64,000 bases of DNA from Takakia lepidozioides (taxonomy: Eukaryota > Plantae > Bryophyta), in assembly GCA_030704615.1 (NCBI GenBank), contig CM060731.1, forward strand, positions 41,788,001 through 41,852,000, given 5' to 3'. Below, in pieces: positions 61,601 to 64,000 of the stretch (position 1 is the first letter of the stretch; each line of letters starts with the position of its first letter). The notes under the pieces are model-generated. The model had not been told where the DNA came from, did not search any database, and saw only the letters and a program-made list of their open reading frames with translations. Position numbers and translations under genes: made by a program.

Positions 61601-64000
61601 CTGGTAAGCTCTCCAAGCTCGTACAAAATAAGAGGTTCAAGTATTCAAGGTCCTTCAACAGCCCCAAGCAATCAGGCAAGGCTTGTATGTTGGAACAACC
61701 CTGAAGGCGGAGGTCTTTTAACGCTGCAAGCTTGGCTATAGAGTCCGGCACACGTGTCAACAATGTACACCCTTTGATAATCATCTTTTGAAGCATTCTT
61801 AGCTGTCCGATCGAATGTGGAAGCATTTCAAGTCTCGAGCATCTAAAGAGTTGTAGCTCTTCCACTTTCATGACACAAGTGATCTTGGTCTGTGGTGGCC
61901 CCTTCAAGTCAATAAACCAAAATTCATTAATATCCGAACCTAGTTTTATTGAAAATAACAAAATATTCATCATTTCTCATTCCACAAGACGATATTCCAA
62001 AAATCATACAAAATCCCAACTCTTCATTTGATTTAATTCTTGATCTTTCAATTTTAAGTGAGGCGTACTTGGTTATCATGATGTTCTTCCCACAACTTTT
62101 GGATGGTTCTGTCTCATACTTGAAGCACACTTAAATTGTTCGCATAAGAGAACACAGGAGGCAAATAGTCGGACCGCATATCACAGATACGAAGCCATGT
62201 CAAACTCCTTGGAAAAGTAATAAAAGGTTCCCATGTGAAGTCGTGCAAGAAAATAATTCTTAACTCTTTCATTGAGGAAAAGCCTTCTACGGCCAATCCT
62301 GTTTCATCTCCCTCCACATTCTTCAAATTCAGTGAAAGCACTTGGACCTTGCGTTTGATCTGGATAGCACCACAACAAATCTGTCATATCTATAGAAAAA
62401 CAACATCAACAACATCTTGAAAAAAACATTTCATTCATATGACACCTATGAAACCAATTTAAATATCAATAAAAAAAGGTGAACGCGTCGCCGAAGCAAG
62501 CGGTAACTTATGGTGTCACTTGACCCAGAAGGGAGAGGTTATAGAAATATCAATCAAATCTTGTGTTTTTTTTGTACAATGAATATCCCTCAAGTTGTCG
62601 AAAAGTATGACACCTCCTGAAGGAAGCGTAGCTTATGGAGTCACTTCACCCCCAAGGGCTACTGCCTTCCCTTAGGAAGGTGGACAACTTCATGACCCAC
62701 TAGACCGTGGTTTGAACCCACAACCACATCCGACGTGGTATGTGCCCATTACCACTGGGCTACATGCTGGTTGTCATCAAGTTGTCAATTTACACTCAAG
62801 TTTTGAAGTTTTATAGCTTTCGAGTGTGTTTGATGTGACAATATACTTCAGCTACCTCAATAGTCACTCATCAATCAAACATTCTTTACCTACACCAAAC
62901 AAATTTTTGACAACAAATGGAACACATAATTCAATTTTATGAAATTACCGCATTCTCCATCAGGTCTGTGCCTTGTCTTGGGGTATCCAAAAACCCCTCC
63001 ACTTCTCAAGCAAACCATGTTTTGTCTTCGAAATGTGTCGACCCCTGTCCCCGAGATGATCATGCATCAAGAATCTCCCTCCACCGTCGACCTTCACCAA
63101 TGACTTATCGATGAGATTTCGAAGTCCATTCTTTGCAGCCCACTCAGATGTTTGCCAGGCTCGTTCAGCTGTACCACTTTCAAGGAACATTTTCTGATCA
63201 TCTTCTTGCAAAGCGTCAAAGCTTATCCGCAAGACTTTAATAAATCTTTTACTCTGTCCAAGATAAGATAGGACTTCTTCCCAATTGCCTCGCTCCTTCT
63301 CATCATGCAAGTGTGCGCCAATTATCTCCAAAATTAATGGAAGCCCACCACAAGCTTCAACAACCCCTTTTGCAAGCTTTTCAAAGTGCTCTTTTGGGAT
63401 TGAATTCGAGAAGGCATGCAGATTGAATAACTTCTCTGAATCGTCCTTACAAAGATCCTCAACATTGTAGATACCATCAAATCGTGACATCAGTCGTTTA
63501 TCACGGGATGTCACCACGCAACGACTCCCATCTCAAAGTGCTCCGAGTATCTCTTCGTTGAATAAAGCGTCCATTTGGAATTGATCGTCAATGTCATCCA
63601 ACACAACTAAAACCTTCTTCCCGCGTAGGCGTTCCTTCAATATTACTTTTCCCCGAGCTACGTAATGCATCCTTGAATCCTTTTTTTTGCATATGTCATC
63701 GTGCAATTGCTTTTGCATGTTGACGACCCCATCAGGCTGCTTAGCTCGGTCCTTGATGTCCCACACAAAACTTGCTGCATCAAAACCCGTAAAAATGCTA
63801 TTGTAGCTTTCTTTTGCCAATGTCGTCTTTCCCACTCCACCCGTGCCCCATATGCCAAATTTCCGTACTCCTTGTCCAAGCTCTAGACTTTGGATGACGA
63901 ATTGTGCTCTTTCCTTCAGCCCCATAGGGTGTTTGGCAATTTCAAATGGTAGTATATTTAAGACTTTGGCAACTTGTTCGACCACCTTCTTCACCACACT
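58614..64000 (-). pseudogene. NB-ARC-LRR (NLR) gene with multiple frameshifts; 5' end outside the window
   Basis: P-loop GTGGVGKTTLAK, kinase-2 LVVLDDID, VTSRD, GLPL, MHDHL. Intron at ~62390-62948. About 40 LRRs at 58850-61900. Confidence 0.92.
62600..62776 (-). mobile_element. tRNA-derived SINE in the NLR intron
   Basis: The minus strand has box A TAGCCCAGTGG and box B GGTTCAAACC. Flanking direct repeat TCAAGTTGTC at 62590-62599 and 62777-62786. Confidence 0.65.

Noticed and set aside
58990-61704. Plus-strand repetitive ORFs (e.g. 285 aa)
   Set aside because: Antisense shadows of the LRR array.

Overview
Eukaryotic nuclear DNA from a land plant, probably a seedless one (inferred from the spliceosomal introns, many PLS-type PPR/DYW sequences and an NLR; the species cannot be determined). 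The left half is one deeply nested transposon stack. A decayed LINE is interrupted by a CACTA end (1262) and by a 29.6-kb Ty3/gypsy-type retroelement (1739..31374, minus strand, AATC target-site duplication; the LINE reading frame continues across the insertion). This retroelement has two unusual traits. Its pol region carries a C5 cytosine methyltransferase between protease and RT, plus a PHD finger after a DDE integrase. Its ends are not ordinary LTRs but split direct repeats (B...A-B-A) with a near-palindromic CA-GC-TG junction. Two members of an unclassified TIR transposon family with 8-bp TSDs are inserted in it (1982..7622 and 10402..24878). They carry host genes: PPR/DYW and OSB-type PDF-motif chimeras, a MAPK-like relic and an apparently intact 11-exon phosphomannomutase gene. 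The right half holds a second gypsy element with an inverted pol segment, a MITE, an RLCK kinase gene, an IRKI/GIL1-like gene, small gene relics (ThrRS, PPR), and a frameshifted NB-ARC-LRR gene with a 3x24-aa higher-order LRR array, a possible C-terminal TPR exon and an intronic SINE.
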